Shown: piece by piece, positions 12,237 to 25,139 of the stretch
Position numbering within the stretch: position 1 is the first letter of the stretch
Layout of the letters: every line of letters starts with the position of its first letter
NCBI GenBank assembly: GCA_976551045.1
Contig: CDPCPM010000103.1
Location: forward strand, 11,842,001 to 11,906,000
Length of the DNA: 64,000 nt
Direction: 5' to 3'
From: Glaucostegus cemiculus
Lineage: Eukaryota
Notes under the pieces: model-generated
Database searches by the model: none
What the model was told of the DNA's origin: nothing
What the model saw: only the letters and a program-made list of their open reading frames with translations
Position numbers and translations under genes: made by a program

Positions 12237-13440
12237 GCTTAAGAGCAGGTGCCAATCCTCACTGGGGTTTTAGATAGTATAGCTCCCTGAACACCCCATG
12301 TAAACAGGCCCTCCTTGCGAGAGCTCTTCTCTCCCCTGTTCCACTCCACCTTTCATTTTTCCTGTACTTTGGTCATTCCACTGTAACCCAATGAGTTTCA
12401 ATGCACCCACTTCTGAAAGCAAAAGGTCATGGAGTTGCGATGTGTATGGAGATGGCCGATTAGACCAACCTGGGCTCGAAGGTTTCTTTCGCACAGGTGA
12501 CAGAGGTGTAGGGAAGCTATAGTATCCCCCGCTTCCTCATTTGATGCAGGTACACCATACAGGGCGATCCAATGCCTGTTGTTTCCAGTGGAATGTGTCA
12601 ATGTGGAAACCCTTTAGAAATGTTCCAAGAGAGTCTTTGAATCTCTTTTGCTGTCCTTCAAGTGATGGTTTGCCCTTGGTCAGCTCTCCATAAAGTATTC
12701 TTCTGACATGGAGACACGAGAGACTACAGATGCCGGAATGTGGGGCAACAAGCTGCTGGAAGACAGGTTGACAATTCCTTTCCTATCACAGATGCTGCTC
12801 CACCCGAATCCCTCCAGCAGATTCTTCTGATACGTCCTGCCCACCTGCTCTGTGATTCTTTCAACAATGTGTAAATGCTGGGGAAGCTTGTTTGGGACAG
12901 AGCCTGTGTGTCTGGAATCTTGTCTTACCACTCGATGTGAAGAAACCTGTGCTGTGCAGACAGGTCACGTGGAAGTGGTTGAGCTGTCTGGCACGTCTGC
13001 TGAACACTGCCCATGTCTCACAAGCATAAAGTGGGTATGACAACAGTCCAATACACCTTCAGCTTGGTCTTTACGCTGATTCCTCTTCATTCCCACACTT
13101 TACTTCTCAGCCCTCCAGAAGCAGAGCTGGCTTTTGCTATTCTATTGACTTCACCATCAATATTGATCGATTTTGAGAGAGTGTTGCCAAGGTATGTGAA
13201 CTTGCTCACGAATGAAAGCCTCTGACCATTCAGGAGGATGTTTAGTTCTGCATACAGGGAGTTTGGTGCATAATTTTTGTTTTCTTTGTGCTGATTGTGA
13301 GGTCAAAGCTACCACAGCAAATGTGTCCCAAGTTTTCCTGCATATCTGCTTCTGAGCTTGTGTTGAGTACACAGTCATCAGCAAAGTCCCTTAAGGTGGT
13401 TTCTCATACTTTGGTTTTGAATGAGAGTCTCCTTAGGTTA
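12237..13440 (-). mobile_element. RTE-clade LINE, 3' half
   Basis: Minus strand: FNLRRL..DFADDC, CETWAVFSRRARQLNHFH, and the C-terminal CHLCERNLRAQVGLIGHLHTH. A short insert lies at about 12710-12830. Confidence 0.85.
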
Positions 13441-14080
13441 AAAGGAGCATAATAAGGTAGGCAGCAGACTACATTGTAGAGTATGTCATACTAAGCAGTG
13501 TGGGGGCAAGCACACTGCTTCGCTTCACACCACTGGTGACCGGGAATGGGTCTGAAGACTCCATTATCCATTACTCTGGCCATCGTACCATTAAGGGGTT
13601 GTTGGACAACTGTGATGTACTTCTCTCATGGAAAAGCTCTGGAAGCAGCCTTCAAATGAAGGGGCCCACTGTTAATTGAGAATCTAACAGAGCTACTTCA
13701 GGTGCTATGCAACAAAGAAAAAGCACCCCAGGACTACAAGAATGCCTCAATTACAAAACTATACAAGCACAAGAGGAACCGTCAAGTCTGCGATTATCAC
13801 AAAGGAACCTCTTTATTCTCAACTGCTGGTAAAATCCTCACTAGAGTCCTGTTAAACAGACTGACCACTCACCTTGAGGAAGGCCTACTTCCAGAAAGCC
13901 ACTGTGGTTTCTGTAAAGGATGTGGAACAGCAGACATTATCTTCTCAGCAAGAGAACTCCAAGAGAAGTGCCAAGAATAGCACTGCAGCTGATTACCAAT
14001 TTTGTTGACCTCACTAAAGCTTTCAACACTTTGTCATGAGGGCCTATAGAAGATCATGGCAAAGTATGGTTGCCCCAAAA
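13441..14080 (+). mobile_element. RTE-clade LINE, inverted 5' segment (UTR-like sequence plus RT N-terminus)
   Basis: ORF 13702..13980: PQDYKNASITKLYK..AGKILTRVLLNRL..LLPESHCGF..DIIFSARELQEKCQE, followed by FVDLTKAF and MAKYGCP. Confidence 0.85.
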
Positions 14081-16269
14081 ATGAAAGTTTATCACCACTT
14101 TTAATTATTCTTTCTTGTCAGTCTTGCATGCTTTTGATGCCATTCCTTATAATACTATGGAGAAATAAATGGTTACCATCTCGAGATTTTTGTGTATTTT
14201 CTGACTTATGGATCAAAACAACCAATGGACGTTTGTAAAAATAGAACCTGTTCGTTGCCAAGGGATGGACTGTATATTTTGTTCAATTGCCTAATGATTT
14301 GCAAGTACATTTTATTTTAAATATTTGGATAGGGGAGTACAAAATATTACAGTTAAAGTTGTACAGTTATTGTAAGAACTGGATCTTGATTTGCTTTTCT
14401 ACCTCAACCATATCTGTAGGAGAGTGTGTGGTAGGTGAGAAGATCTGTGTGAAACTCAGAGCACAGATTATAAAAATTGTCTTGCATCCCTAGAATTACG
14501 ACTCATCATCACCTACTCACTGGATAGTGCTCATTCTGTTGCATTCACTGGTGCGAACACACTTCCTACATTTGCATGCTTATTCTTTGACACACCCACT
14601 TGTGTTTTCTCACTTCTTTAATCATTCCCAATATCCATGCATTCTTGCTCCTTAATATACTTCTTCACACTGAAATTCACAATTACTCTTCCACACAAAT
14701 TATGACAATCATTAACCTAATCTTTCTTACTCCTTTTTCTCCACTAGTATTCATTCTCTCAATCACCCTGAATGGCTCCTTTTTCTTGCTCGGTACCTGA
14801 TCTTTTACACATCATAATGTTTCGAGGAAGAGAGTTCCAAAGACTTGTAACTCTCTAAGAGGGAAAACAAAAGTTACCTCATGACTGCTGTAAATGGATA
14901 GCCCCTTATTTTGAAACAGTGATCCCTATATCAAGATTCTCCCACAACAGGAGACGTTCTCTCCATAGCCATGATTTTTATAGAAAATTCCACATTTTCT
15001 CTTGTTATACTCCATTTGCCAGATGCTTGCCTACTCACCTAAGCCATCTATACATTTGCATTCTTTTTATCTTCTCTTCTCAGCATACATTTGCCGATGA
15101 CAGAAAGATAAGTAGAAAAGTAGTAACTATGCCTTTGATGCCATCATTCAAATATTTTATATAAATTGCAAAATGGGGAGCCCCAGCATCGATCCCTGTA
15201 GCACATCAATCTTTAAATTTGTTGTACGTCTTCTTATAAAAGTGCACAATGCCTATGCATTTTCAACATGATTCTCTTCTTTGAGAATATTGTTCACAGT
15301 AAAAGCTATTTCCACTTCTCCTGTGTATGCTATGAAGGACTAACACCTTCGATTGTATACACCAAGCCAACCCATGCCTGAGTCACATTTTTACTCTATT
15401 TTCCACCTAAACGGTGACACTGCTACATTTATCTTCTATCCTCCACTCCCTTTTCTCATGTGTTTAATTCTCCTGTGATCAGATTTGTCTTTCTTTTTTT
15501 CCCATTGCCTGATTTTTGCTTTCACTCTTTCTGCATCCAGGCAGATTTTGACAACTGGACTGTTTTTCCCATTTCTGACTGCCGGCTTTTGAGGTCTATG
15601 GTTAATGTTGTCCATCAGCAATGCCCAGTGGGTACTTCAAAGATTTTCTGCAAACCCATCCAACCTTTCTTTCCAGAGGCCATATGTGTTGTGACTGTGA
15701 TCGTCTTTAGTTGTAGTCTGGCTAGTAGTATCTGAGCCAGTTGTGTAGAGCTGATGAGTATCATCTATAATGAGATACCAGCAACAACCAACACATGTTT
15801 ATATCGCACATATGATGTGTGATGCATTTGTAGACTTTGGGTGCAAATATAGCCCAGTCAGTAAATTCAGACTTATCCCTGAAAAGAAATAATGAATAAA
15901 ACACAAAAATGGATGAAGGACTAAACTTTGACCATGGCTCACAGAACAAATACCTCATCATCTGGATAAAATCAGATTAAAAACTGAACCTTCAAGATTG
16001 GCAGCATTTCATTGCTCACTGTGCATTGTTGGACAAAAGCCCTTCTGTTAGACAGTGTGAACAGAAAGGCTCTGCAGGAAGTGTCAGAAAGTTGGCATTT
16101 CCACAGAATATTGTGTGGAGGGAAGAAGAGCTGACATTTTTTCATATCCCACGTAAATAAGCATGATGATTGAAAGGTACATGTGTTCGATTCTTATTAA
16201 AGCAGTGATTCTTTTGTTCCAAATTCCTCCTTTTGAGACACCTTGTGTGTGTCTCTTTGCACCAAGCAA

Positions 16270-16495
16270 AATCTTGAGGGAGTGAAGGAGTGACCTGTCT
16301 CCAGCTTTCTGTCAGTGCTGATATCCCATTGAGCCAGGTGCAGCTGGGAATGAGCTGCCCTTCATTCACAGCTCCCCATTCCAAACACAAGCAGTGCTTA
16401 GCTTCCACTTGACAAATCCTTCAAGGGGTACAGCAGGAGTGCGTGGAATGCCCAGTGCATGAAGAGTGCAGGAAGACAGCTCGTGTTTCACCACA
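16270..16495 (+). promoter_or_regulatory. Candidate muscle-type promoter/enhancer (tandem E-boxes plus three MCAT/TEAD cores)
   Basis: CAGGTG 16335, CAGCTG 16341, GGAATG 16347, CATTCC 16377 and TGGAATG 16444, in non-repetitive sequence. Confidence 0.4.
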
Positions 16496-16613
16496 ATGGG
16501 GCACAGCATGTTGAGCGTCTAATGGACCTCAGCACAAAATAAGCTTTCTGTGCTGCGAAACAATGTAAACTTGCGCCTTCCAAGTTATCTAAGAGCCATA
16601 TCACGGAGCACAG
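16496..16613 (+). pseudogene. Candidate alternative EML1 first exon interrupted by an in-frame TAA (MGHSMLSV*WTSAQNKLSVLRNNVNLRLPSYLRAISRST+G)
   Basis: Strong Kozak context ccacaATGG. 39 codons plus G, then CAG|GTGTCA (phase 1). Single stop at 16520-16522. Confidence 0.35.
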
Positions 16614-17094
16614 GTGTCATATGTATAACATTTTGCAGTTCATTTCTTTGAGGAAGTATTGTCTCAACCACTATTTTGGGGCATGGTTGCTCCAATCATT
16701 TTGATGACCACTTTAATGTTGCTGTCCGAGCTACACATTTCTGTTAGTTTTGTTAAATCTGGCTTTCCTTTGGATGTTCTTATTTTGTTATTTTAATTTA
16801 CATTTTGTGATAAATTCAAAGAAATTGAAATGCTAATGTTGTGTATTTTGCGTGTGGAATGTGAGAGTGATTAATTTGTAATATCTGAAAGAATGATTCA
16901 TTCTAGACATTTACTAATTTACAGGAGTCCCATTTTCTATGTAGTACCAGAACACGCCAGGTCCAGAAACTAATGAATAGTGAATGTTCACGTGATAGCA
17001 CCAGAGCTATTAATCTTGCATTTTTAAAATCTATTTTCAAATAAGAACCATCCAATATGTTGAGTGCACTACCAACAAAGTCACTGTATCAGTT

Positions 17095-17640
17095 TTTGTT
17101 GTAAGTATGTGGAAATCACTTAAATGAGGTGAGGATATCAAATGAGGGAATATCTTTAGATGCCAGTGCAAAAAATGTACTGGAGTATTGGCCGCCATTG
17201 GTAGCCACCCTTGTGGATTTGGTGTGGGGGGTGATTTGTTTGTAACAGAAGATCTTGAGGGGCCTTGCAGGTTGCTGTGGGCAGGAAATTTCTTGTGGTA
17301 AAATTTAGAACTCGGGATCACTGTTTCAAGATAAGATAGAGACAGATGAGTTAAGAACAATAAGGTGATTTTTTTTTTACTCTCTCTGACAATTGTGAGT
17401 CTTTGGAACTCTCTTCCTCAAGGGACTGCGGTAGCAAAGCCTTTGAATAGTTTGAAGGGAGAGGTAGGTAGGTTTTTGATATAGAAGTGGGTGAAATGTT
17501 ACCAGGGTAAGGCAGCAATGCAGAGTTGAGGTTGCAATCAGATCATCCTTGATCTTGTTGCTCCAGATTCCAGCATCTGCAGTCTCTTGTGTTAGCCATG
17601 ATCTTATTGAATGGCCTACGCCTACACCTAACTCATTTGT
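17095..17640 (+). mobile_element. Decayed CR1-like 3' fragment
   Basis: 'gtgagtctttggaactctcttcctcaagggactgcgg..ttgaatagtttgaagg' and the tail 'gccatgatcttattgaatggc'. Confidence 0.65.
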
Positions 17641-17799
17641 TTGTATGGCCCGGCTGAAGGCCATGGAACATAGATGAATACAACTAGTGGCCATTACTCT
17701 TCATGCGCTCAGCACAAGCAATCAAAGATGGAATTCACTCTGAGTGCTATTTAATGACTTTTTTTGGTTAAATAGCTTGTACAATAAATCTTCTTGTTT

Positions 17800-19035
17800 T
17801 AGAAACAGTAAATGCTGGAAACACTTAGCAGTTCTGGCAGCATCTGCCAAAAGAGAAACAGTTAACATTTTGGATCAAAGACCCCCCACATCAGAACTGG
17901 GAAAGAAAGAAAACAAGTTAGTTTTAGGTTGCAGACAGTGGGGAAGGGATGGATAGGACAATGAGAATACCTCTGATATGGTGAGCCCAAGGTTGCCTTG
18001 GTGATAAGCTGTTAATAAAGCCATCTGGATTAGATTAATGAGGGAAGTTAAAGAGAGAAAACAAATAAAGGGATTTGTGAAAGCTAGGGAATGCAGGTGA
18101 GAGCTGTCGGAAGTGCCCAGAGGATCAGGCAGTGTTAACGCAGAGAAAAAAGTTGTTATTTTCAAACAATATATAAGGAGGAGGCCACTTTAGCCCACTT
18201 TGTTGACTCATTAATTTTCCCCATAACCTTTTCTCCCCACATTCCCATCAATTCCCCTCAGAGTCTACCACTCACATGCACACTAGGGACAATATACAGT
18301 GGCTGATTAACTACCAACCCACGTGTCCTTGGGATATGGAAGAAACTGGAACACCTGGGGGAAAAGCACATAGTCTCAGGGAAACATGCAAATTCTAAAT
18401 TCTACACAGAGTGCACCAGAGGTCAGGATTAAACCTTGGCCATGAGAGCTGTGAAGCAGCAGCTTGACTAGTTGTGCCTTTGTTTCACCCTAAAATTGAT
18501 GGATAACCTACAACAGCTGAATTGGTCATTTCTAATACAAACAAAGAAAGTGATTTACCTTATTTCTGAATTCAATATAGAGTCCCAAAAGCTGCAATGT
18601 GCCCAGACAGAAGGTGAGCTGCTGTTCCTCAAGCATACATTGTACTTCATTGGAACATTGCAGATAGCCACAGACAGATAGGTAGGACGAAGAATTAAAG
18701 CAACAGGCAACTAGAAGCTCAGGATCATTCCTGCAGACTGACTGAAGGTGGTCCACAAAGTGGTCACCCAATCCGCATTTGATTTCTCCAGTGTAGTGGA
18801 GGGTACTTCATGCGGTACACTAGATTAGAAGAACTGCAAATGATGAGGTAAAAGAACTGGCGTCATATTTCCTGTAGCTGCATGGAAAAGTGCTGTGAGA
18901 AAGGGAATGGTTGATGGAGATGGAAAAATAAATGAAGGGGTCCGCCATCTTCGCTGGAGATCCCACCACCTGACACATCTTGCCTTCAGCACTCTGAGAG
19001 CACCATTCCCTTTCACTTCCTGGTCTCCTCATGCA
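17800..19035 (-). mobile_element. Penelope-like element 3' part (GIY-YIG endonuclease C-terminus and terminal repeat), with a HE1-like SINE inserted at about 18168-18480
   Basis: ORF 18532..18771(-): GDHFVDHLQSV..ELLVACCFNS..LEEQQLTFCLGTLQLLGLYIEF. The terminal block at 17805-17900 is shared with 45120-45215. Confidence 0.8.
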
Positions 19036-21456
19036 CTTCTAGACTTCTGTGTTCTATTTGTGGTTTTCAATAAGGCTGTACAACATCTACTCCTTCATTA
19101 ATGACAGCCAAAATTGAAACACTTCAAAATTCTGTAATTATGTAATAGAAGTTTACAGAACCCATCAGAAGATGTCCTATTCATTCCAGTGCGCACAATT
19201 TTGTTTTAATGACTGGCACTGAAAATTAACTTTGGGTTCTCATTGCTTGGGCTTTTATTAATTGAGGTTTTGAAAAATAAAAGACACAGGCTATTTTTTT
19301 TCTCTCTCTTATATTTTCCCTTCCCATTTGTTGCTTCTTGCGCATGATTTTGTTTTGAACCTTGAGGTGGGCAAAACACTGAAATATATTCTCAGTCAGG
19401 ACAAGTTCCTGAGTAAAAGACCACAGAAATTCTGAGGGCAATAAGGAGTCATGAAGAGCTGGACGCCAATTGTTCACTATTGACCACAAAATCTTTCCCT
19501 ATATGTTCTACATTCTGCTTATGTGGGATTAGAATATGTTCTAAGTGAACAATCACAATTAATGGAACTTTCAGACCAAATATAGCATTTAAATACTGCC
19601 AGATCTTTCCTGATTGCTCAGAACAAAATTTATGGAAAGTGGTAACTGGCCAGGAAGATGTCAGAGCATTTTAACCACCCTTTTAATGATTTCTGCCAGG
19701 AAAGCAGAGTTACAACAGCATCTGTAGTTTTCCTCTCCTACTAATGCTGTCACCTCTAAACTACCTCGAATTTTCTTTTAGAGCTGTGAATACTAGTGTA
19801 AGTCAATTTAGAATAGAGGATTTCCCCAGATATTTGCAGAGAATTTCAGGTAAGTTTTAAGGCAGCACAGGCCAAATGATTTATTGTTGCTTTTAGCAGG
19901 AATCATTGCTTGCCACTGTTAATTTTTCAAAAGATAATTCTAAGTCCTCTCATTTGTAATCTTGTATTGCACAGGTGAGGGCTGAAATGCGGATATCACT
20001 TTGAACTTTAACCCATTTTGGAAGTCAAGATACACCAATCCATCACTTTCTTAAAGAACTTGAGAGTTAGGGTTGGGGATCTTTCTGTCCTGATCCATGT
20101 TGCTGTTAACAAAATAATTAGTATGCAGTACATTTTGCAGGCTTTTTAAATTTAAAAATAAAACTTCTCAACTCAGCAGTATTAGATTTACCTTTATAGA
20201 TAGCCTACATGTGCAACTTGCAAAAATGACCTATTTTCATATTTCAAAACATGTGCAGGGAACACAATGGTTACTGAGGAATGGAATGGAAGAAGAAACT
20301 GCATTTTTCTATCCCATAATCTCTGGAAATTGTCAATTTAGAATGTTCATTCACATATCACTTTTACATGTATGAATTTAGAATACTTAAACATTAGCCA
20401 TTTCTGTTGAAAACGTTCTTTGATGCAATGATATGTGCTTCAGTTTTGAAGCTACTGGCATTTTAAAGTGCTCAATCTAACAGGAATCAGTGTGCAGTAA
20501 CCTACTTTCAGTAAATGCACGAGTTGAAAAGCAACTACTGATGATGAGGACATTTCACATCTAGGCTGGTTTTCCCAATTCAAAAGTATGTTTTGTGTAT
20601 ACATTAAGGATATTGTATATGAAAATACTCGTTACATATTAATCGCTAATTATGCCATGGTTCGGCATTCAAGAACCTGTGGCCTCCAACATTACATCTG
20701 AGGGAAGTTATTGGATTCATCTTAGTTCCTACATTCAAAAAGACTATATAGAAATCCCCTATCAACAGTGAATTGTTTCAAATAATTCTATAGTCATCAC
20801 CTTTCCTTCTTTTTCTGTAGCAAAACTATTGATTTAAGATCCTACATTTGCCTTTTACTTGCTGGACCAGATTTACCTTTTTTCCAGTCAGCTACTACCT
20901 TGTTCACTCCCTACTTGTCTCCTTTCACAGATGGAGTACCCAAATGCATCCAATTTTTTCTCGTACCTCATTCTTCTATGTCTTGGTGACAATAACTGAA
21001 CACAGTAACCAGACCTGACCTAACCTGACAAGAACACTTAACAATTGTTTTATTGCTTCTTCTGGCTTACTGGTTCATGCAGATAACCCACTTAATATTC
21101 TCACCGATTCTGAACAAATGTCCCTTATTTCCTAAATTCTTAAGATTTATCACAAAATGTATCTGCCAATTTAAATTTACTTAATAGCATGTTACCCACG
21201 TTTTGGAGGTCAAGCAACATTACAGTCCATCACCTTCTTAACAACTCAAGGTCCCAGGTGGCACAAGGTCTTTCCTTCCAAATCCATATTGCTTGTTTAA
21301 CTTGTTATTGTATTGTACATCTTGCTGACTTGTGTTCAAGAAGGACAGAGATTTGTTTGCCTGGAATATCCCTTTGAAAGTTTAAAACCATGGGTTTCTA
21401 TTGGAGGATTCATAGATTTTTCATTAATATGAAAAATATTTTAAGTATGCACACTC

Positions 21457-21990
21457 ATAGAGTCATAAAGTTGTACAGCACAGAAACAGGGTTTGGCTCA
21501 ACTCATCCCATCCATGCTAATCCCATTTGCCTGCATTAGACCCATATCCCTCGACTCCTTTTCTATCTAAGCTCCTGTCCAATTGTCTTCTAAACATTGT
21601 AATTGTATCTGCCTCTACCAATTCCTCTGGTAGCTCAATCCATATAACTACCATCTTCTGTATGCTCTTCAGATCTCCTTTAAATTTCTCCCCTGTCATC
21701 TTAAATCTATGCCCTCTAGTTGTAGACTTCTCCCATCCTGGGAAAAGACCCTATCTATGCTGCTCATAATTTTATAGACCTCTATAGGGTCACCCTTCAG
21801 TCTCCTACTTTGCAGTGAGAATAAACCCAGCCTATTACAATCTCTCCTTATAAATAAAGTCCTCCATTCCAGTCAACGTCCTAGTGAATCTCTTCTGCAT
21901 GCTTTCTAATACTACCACATCCTTCCTGTAGTGTGGCAACTGAAACTAGACACAATACTCCCTGTGCACCAACCAATGTTTGTAAATTGC
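21457..21990 (-). mobile_element. CR1/HER1-like LINE 3' end
   Basis: ORF 21517..21699(-): WIELPEELVEADTITMFRRQLDR. Tail 'catagagtcata'. Confidence 0.85.
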
Positions 21991-22652
21991 AAGACACATT
22001 TTCTCTAAAGAGTTTAAACTAAAGAGTTTTTTTTTAAACTAAAGAGTTTAAAAAAAGTTATTTGTCTTGGCTGATAGAATATTCTATTACTGAACTCAAT
22101 GTAAAGTTGTCTCCTTGGCCATTAACAATCATATGATACTAAGAAAGTACCATATTCTCATACTACAAAATAGAGAGTTTTCAGCATTTGAAGTGACATC
22201 ATCATCCAACACAGCGCATTAGGAGTGTGAGCATTGTGAAACTTTAACTTTCCATTCCCTGTTTTGTTGATTCTGTCATTGTCAGATGTATATACAATGA
22301 ATTAATTGAGGGAGAATAAAAAAAATCAAAGGAGTGCTTAAACTGTTAATATTTGCGATGGTCTGTTCCTTAAAAATTGAGACTTCTTGCAGTATACTGA
22401 TGTCAACTTCTGTGCACTGTAGCATGAGAATAAATTAATGACAATACAAATAATATCTAACATTGAACTATAGCTTTTAGAACATGTATCTGATTATAAA
22501 ATCATATGTTGAAACCTTATGCTATTATTTAAAACCTTTCTAAACTGTCTTATCCACACAGATAATATCAGAAACATTTAACACGTTATCACCTATTCAC
22601 ACATGCTTTTATACTCTTGATTTTCTAAAGTCAGAATAAATTATCCTAATGT

Positions 22653-22942
22653 GGGGCGGCACGATAGCGTAGCGGTTAGTGCGATGCTGTTACAGCGCCA
22701 GCGATTGGGGTTCGATTCCCGTCACTGTCTGTAAGGAGTTTGTACGTTCTGCCGTGTCTGCGTGGGTTTCCTCTGGGTGCTCCGGTTTCCTCCCACATTC
22801 TGAAAGACATACGGGTGAGTTAATTTGGGGGTTTAAAATGGGCGGCACAGACTCGGAGGGCCAAAAGGGCCTGTTACCACGCTGTAAATAAAATTTTAAA
22901 AAATTTAATTTAAAATTTAAATTTAAAAAATTAAAATTTAAA
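22653..22942 (+). mobile_element. tRNA-derived V-SINE, tail type B (CR1-like tail plus AT repeat)
   Basis: Box A 'tagcgtagcgg', box B 'ggttcgattcc', V-domain, 'gggccaaaagggcctgttacc', then (tttaaaa)-like repeats. Confidence 0.9.
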
Positions 22943-23464
22943 CCTCCATGTACTGGTTTCCCATTTTCACTGCCAAATTCAGGTCTCTCATACTACTCAT
23001 AGAGTCAGAGACCCTTTTTTTGTGACAGCTAGACTGGATTTTATAAGGTTAAGGGTGAGAGATTTTAGTCTCCTACTGTCTGCTTCTAACAGAGAACACT
23101 GGTATAATACCTTGAAATGATGGTTACTTGACTTTGATGTATATAAAGGGTTACCATCCTTTGCCAGTTCCAAAATGCACCTTCAGTTATGGCACATACT
23201 TCAACGTATACGGAATGTCAATGAGATGCTTCTGCTTTCTCTCCAAAAGTAAAGTGGGGTTGACAGTAGTAGTCAATAGTTGCCCCAGTGCCACTGACCC
23301 AGCCTCTCTTGGATATCAGTGCCAATATTGGCATTTATTGCCTTATAGGACACATAGCCCATCATGGACATAAATGCAATAAACACAGTATTCACCCACA
23401 ACACTGAAGAGTCTATTTGGTACAAAGAGGACAGGGCTCATTTCCTAACATAGATTACCAAAAC

Positions 23465-23545
23465 TAAATACTGTGGGGATGTTGGAAATCCTCAGCAAGT
23501 CAGGAAATATATGTGGAGAGAGAAATCAAGTTAATGTTCAAGTGA
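23465..23545 (-). mobile_element. Penelope-like terminal fragment
   Basis: 'ggaaatcctcagcaagtcagg..tgtggagagagaaatcaagttaatgtt' matches 45120-45185. Confidence 0.6.
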
Positions 23546-23877
23546 ACTTCCATTGCTTTCATCACCTTTCATAATGTGACGAGAAGATCTGCAAACAAGT
23601 TTTTAATTGAGAAAGTGAACAATTGACTTTGGTACTGATTTCATTCCACCAGTTTAGTTTTGGATTACATTCTCTTCAGAAAATCTTACCCAGAACATTT
23701 CCAAAGTGTAAGTTGGACATGGGTGAATTTGATTTGCTCTTTGGCAGTAGTGTGGAATGGGTAATCAATCAGCAGGCTGTTTTATGCTCCACCTGATTTT
23801 CTTTTCCAACAGTGGAATAGCAATGCATTATTATTGATTTTGCTCTCCTGCTGAAGACACAAATTTTACCTGAAGGA

Positions 23878-24280
23878 CCTTGCAGTAATATAGCAGCACC
23901 TGATCATGGCCACAGGATGCTATACAACTTATGGGTGAATTATTTTAAATGTGCATTCACTGTTGTAATGTGAGTATATGCAGTGATGTGTGCACTGCAT
24001 GGACCCACAAATAGCAAATTAATAAAGAACCATACAGGGAGTTCTTGGCAGTGTTGGTTCAGGGAGAAATATTGGCCAAGACATGCAGAGAACTATCTAT
24101 TTTGAATAGCACACAAGATCAAATGTCTTATCCAAAAGGTGGCACCTCTGAAAATATAACACTCTATTTTGATTACATGATGTAACAGACAAGAGAATGT
24201 GTCCAATTACATTGTGGGACTTAAACCCTTATACTTCTGAATTAGAGGCAAGAGTACTATTGGCTGAACCTAATTAACAC
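23878..24280 (-). mobile_element. DeuSINE/SacSINE1-like element
   Basis: 'cactgttgtaatgt', 'aaatattggccaagaca', 'tccaaaaggtggcacctctga' and a head ending 'gtgggacttaaaccc..cttctga'. Confidence 0.65.
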
Positions 24281-25139
24281 TAGGGGGCAGCCCTTGCTGG
24301 ACATCAGAAGTTGGCAAAACCACTTGTAATAAAAGTGTACACCAATTGTTTCTTCTTTTTTTTTGCAAAACCATCTTGCACCTGAATTTATAACAACCCC
24401 ATTTGGTTCCAGACACAGAAGAATTCTACATTCCTTGTTCTATCAGTGATAAAGAGTCATTGTTTGTTCAGATTTCTGAAACATTTTCATCACAAAGCCA
24501 AGCCTCAAAACTCAAGCAATGATTGATACCATCCAATTCTGTTTTGGACTTGGCAGAAGCTGGTTACCCTCAACACCATGAACACTCACAAAGGCAAAAC
24601 TCATTTAATCAGTAATTCAGAGCTGGTGGCCAAATTATATGGCTTTTGGAAAACAAAGCAGATTTTTTGTTTGATATGAAGAGTGCGGGTAGCTAAAAGT
24701 AAATAGCAACTGGAAAAACAAAATGCTTGCTTCAATTTCCACAGTGACTTAAATTCTGTCAGTAGGATACAGGAGGAACCAGTTTTGGTGGTTCAGCAGT
24801 GTTCGCAATAAACATCACATTTTATACACATGATTCTCACCAGAGAAGAGACATTGCTGAAGTGATAGAAATAAAAACAGAAACTGCTGAAAATATGAAA
24901 CAGGTTAGGCAGCTCACTGTTGAGTCTAGCAACCTGTCATGTGCTTAAGTGAAAGGCTTGGATCAAATAGTAAAGATTAATAGTTTCAGAAAGTGGACCA
25001 AATCTGGCTGATGTAGGCCCATTGTCAGTAGTCAAACACTTAACTACTCGGGATGTGGACATCTGCAATACAGCCTAATCAGCAAAAGAGCGCTGGTGGT
25101 GCACTGGAGCAACACCACCTTCAAAGATCCCTGAAATCT

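Noticed and set aside
16038-16071. Hairpin with CAGTGT in the loop (IRE or pre-miRNA)
   Set aside because: It lacks the 5-bp upper stem and C bulge of an IRE, and the stem is too short for a pre-miRNA.
22653-22725. tRNA gene
   Set aside because: The A and B boxes belong to a SINE head that continues into the V-domain, with no closing acceptor stem.
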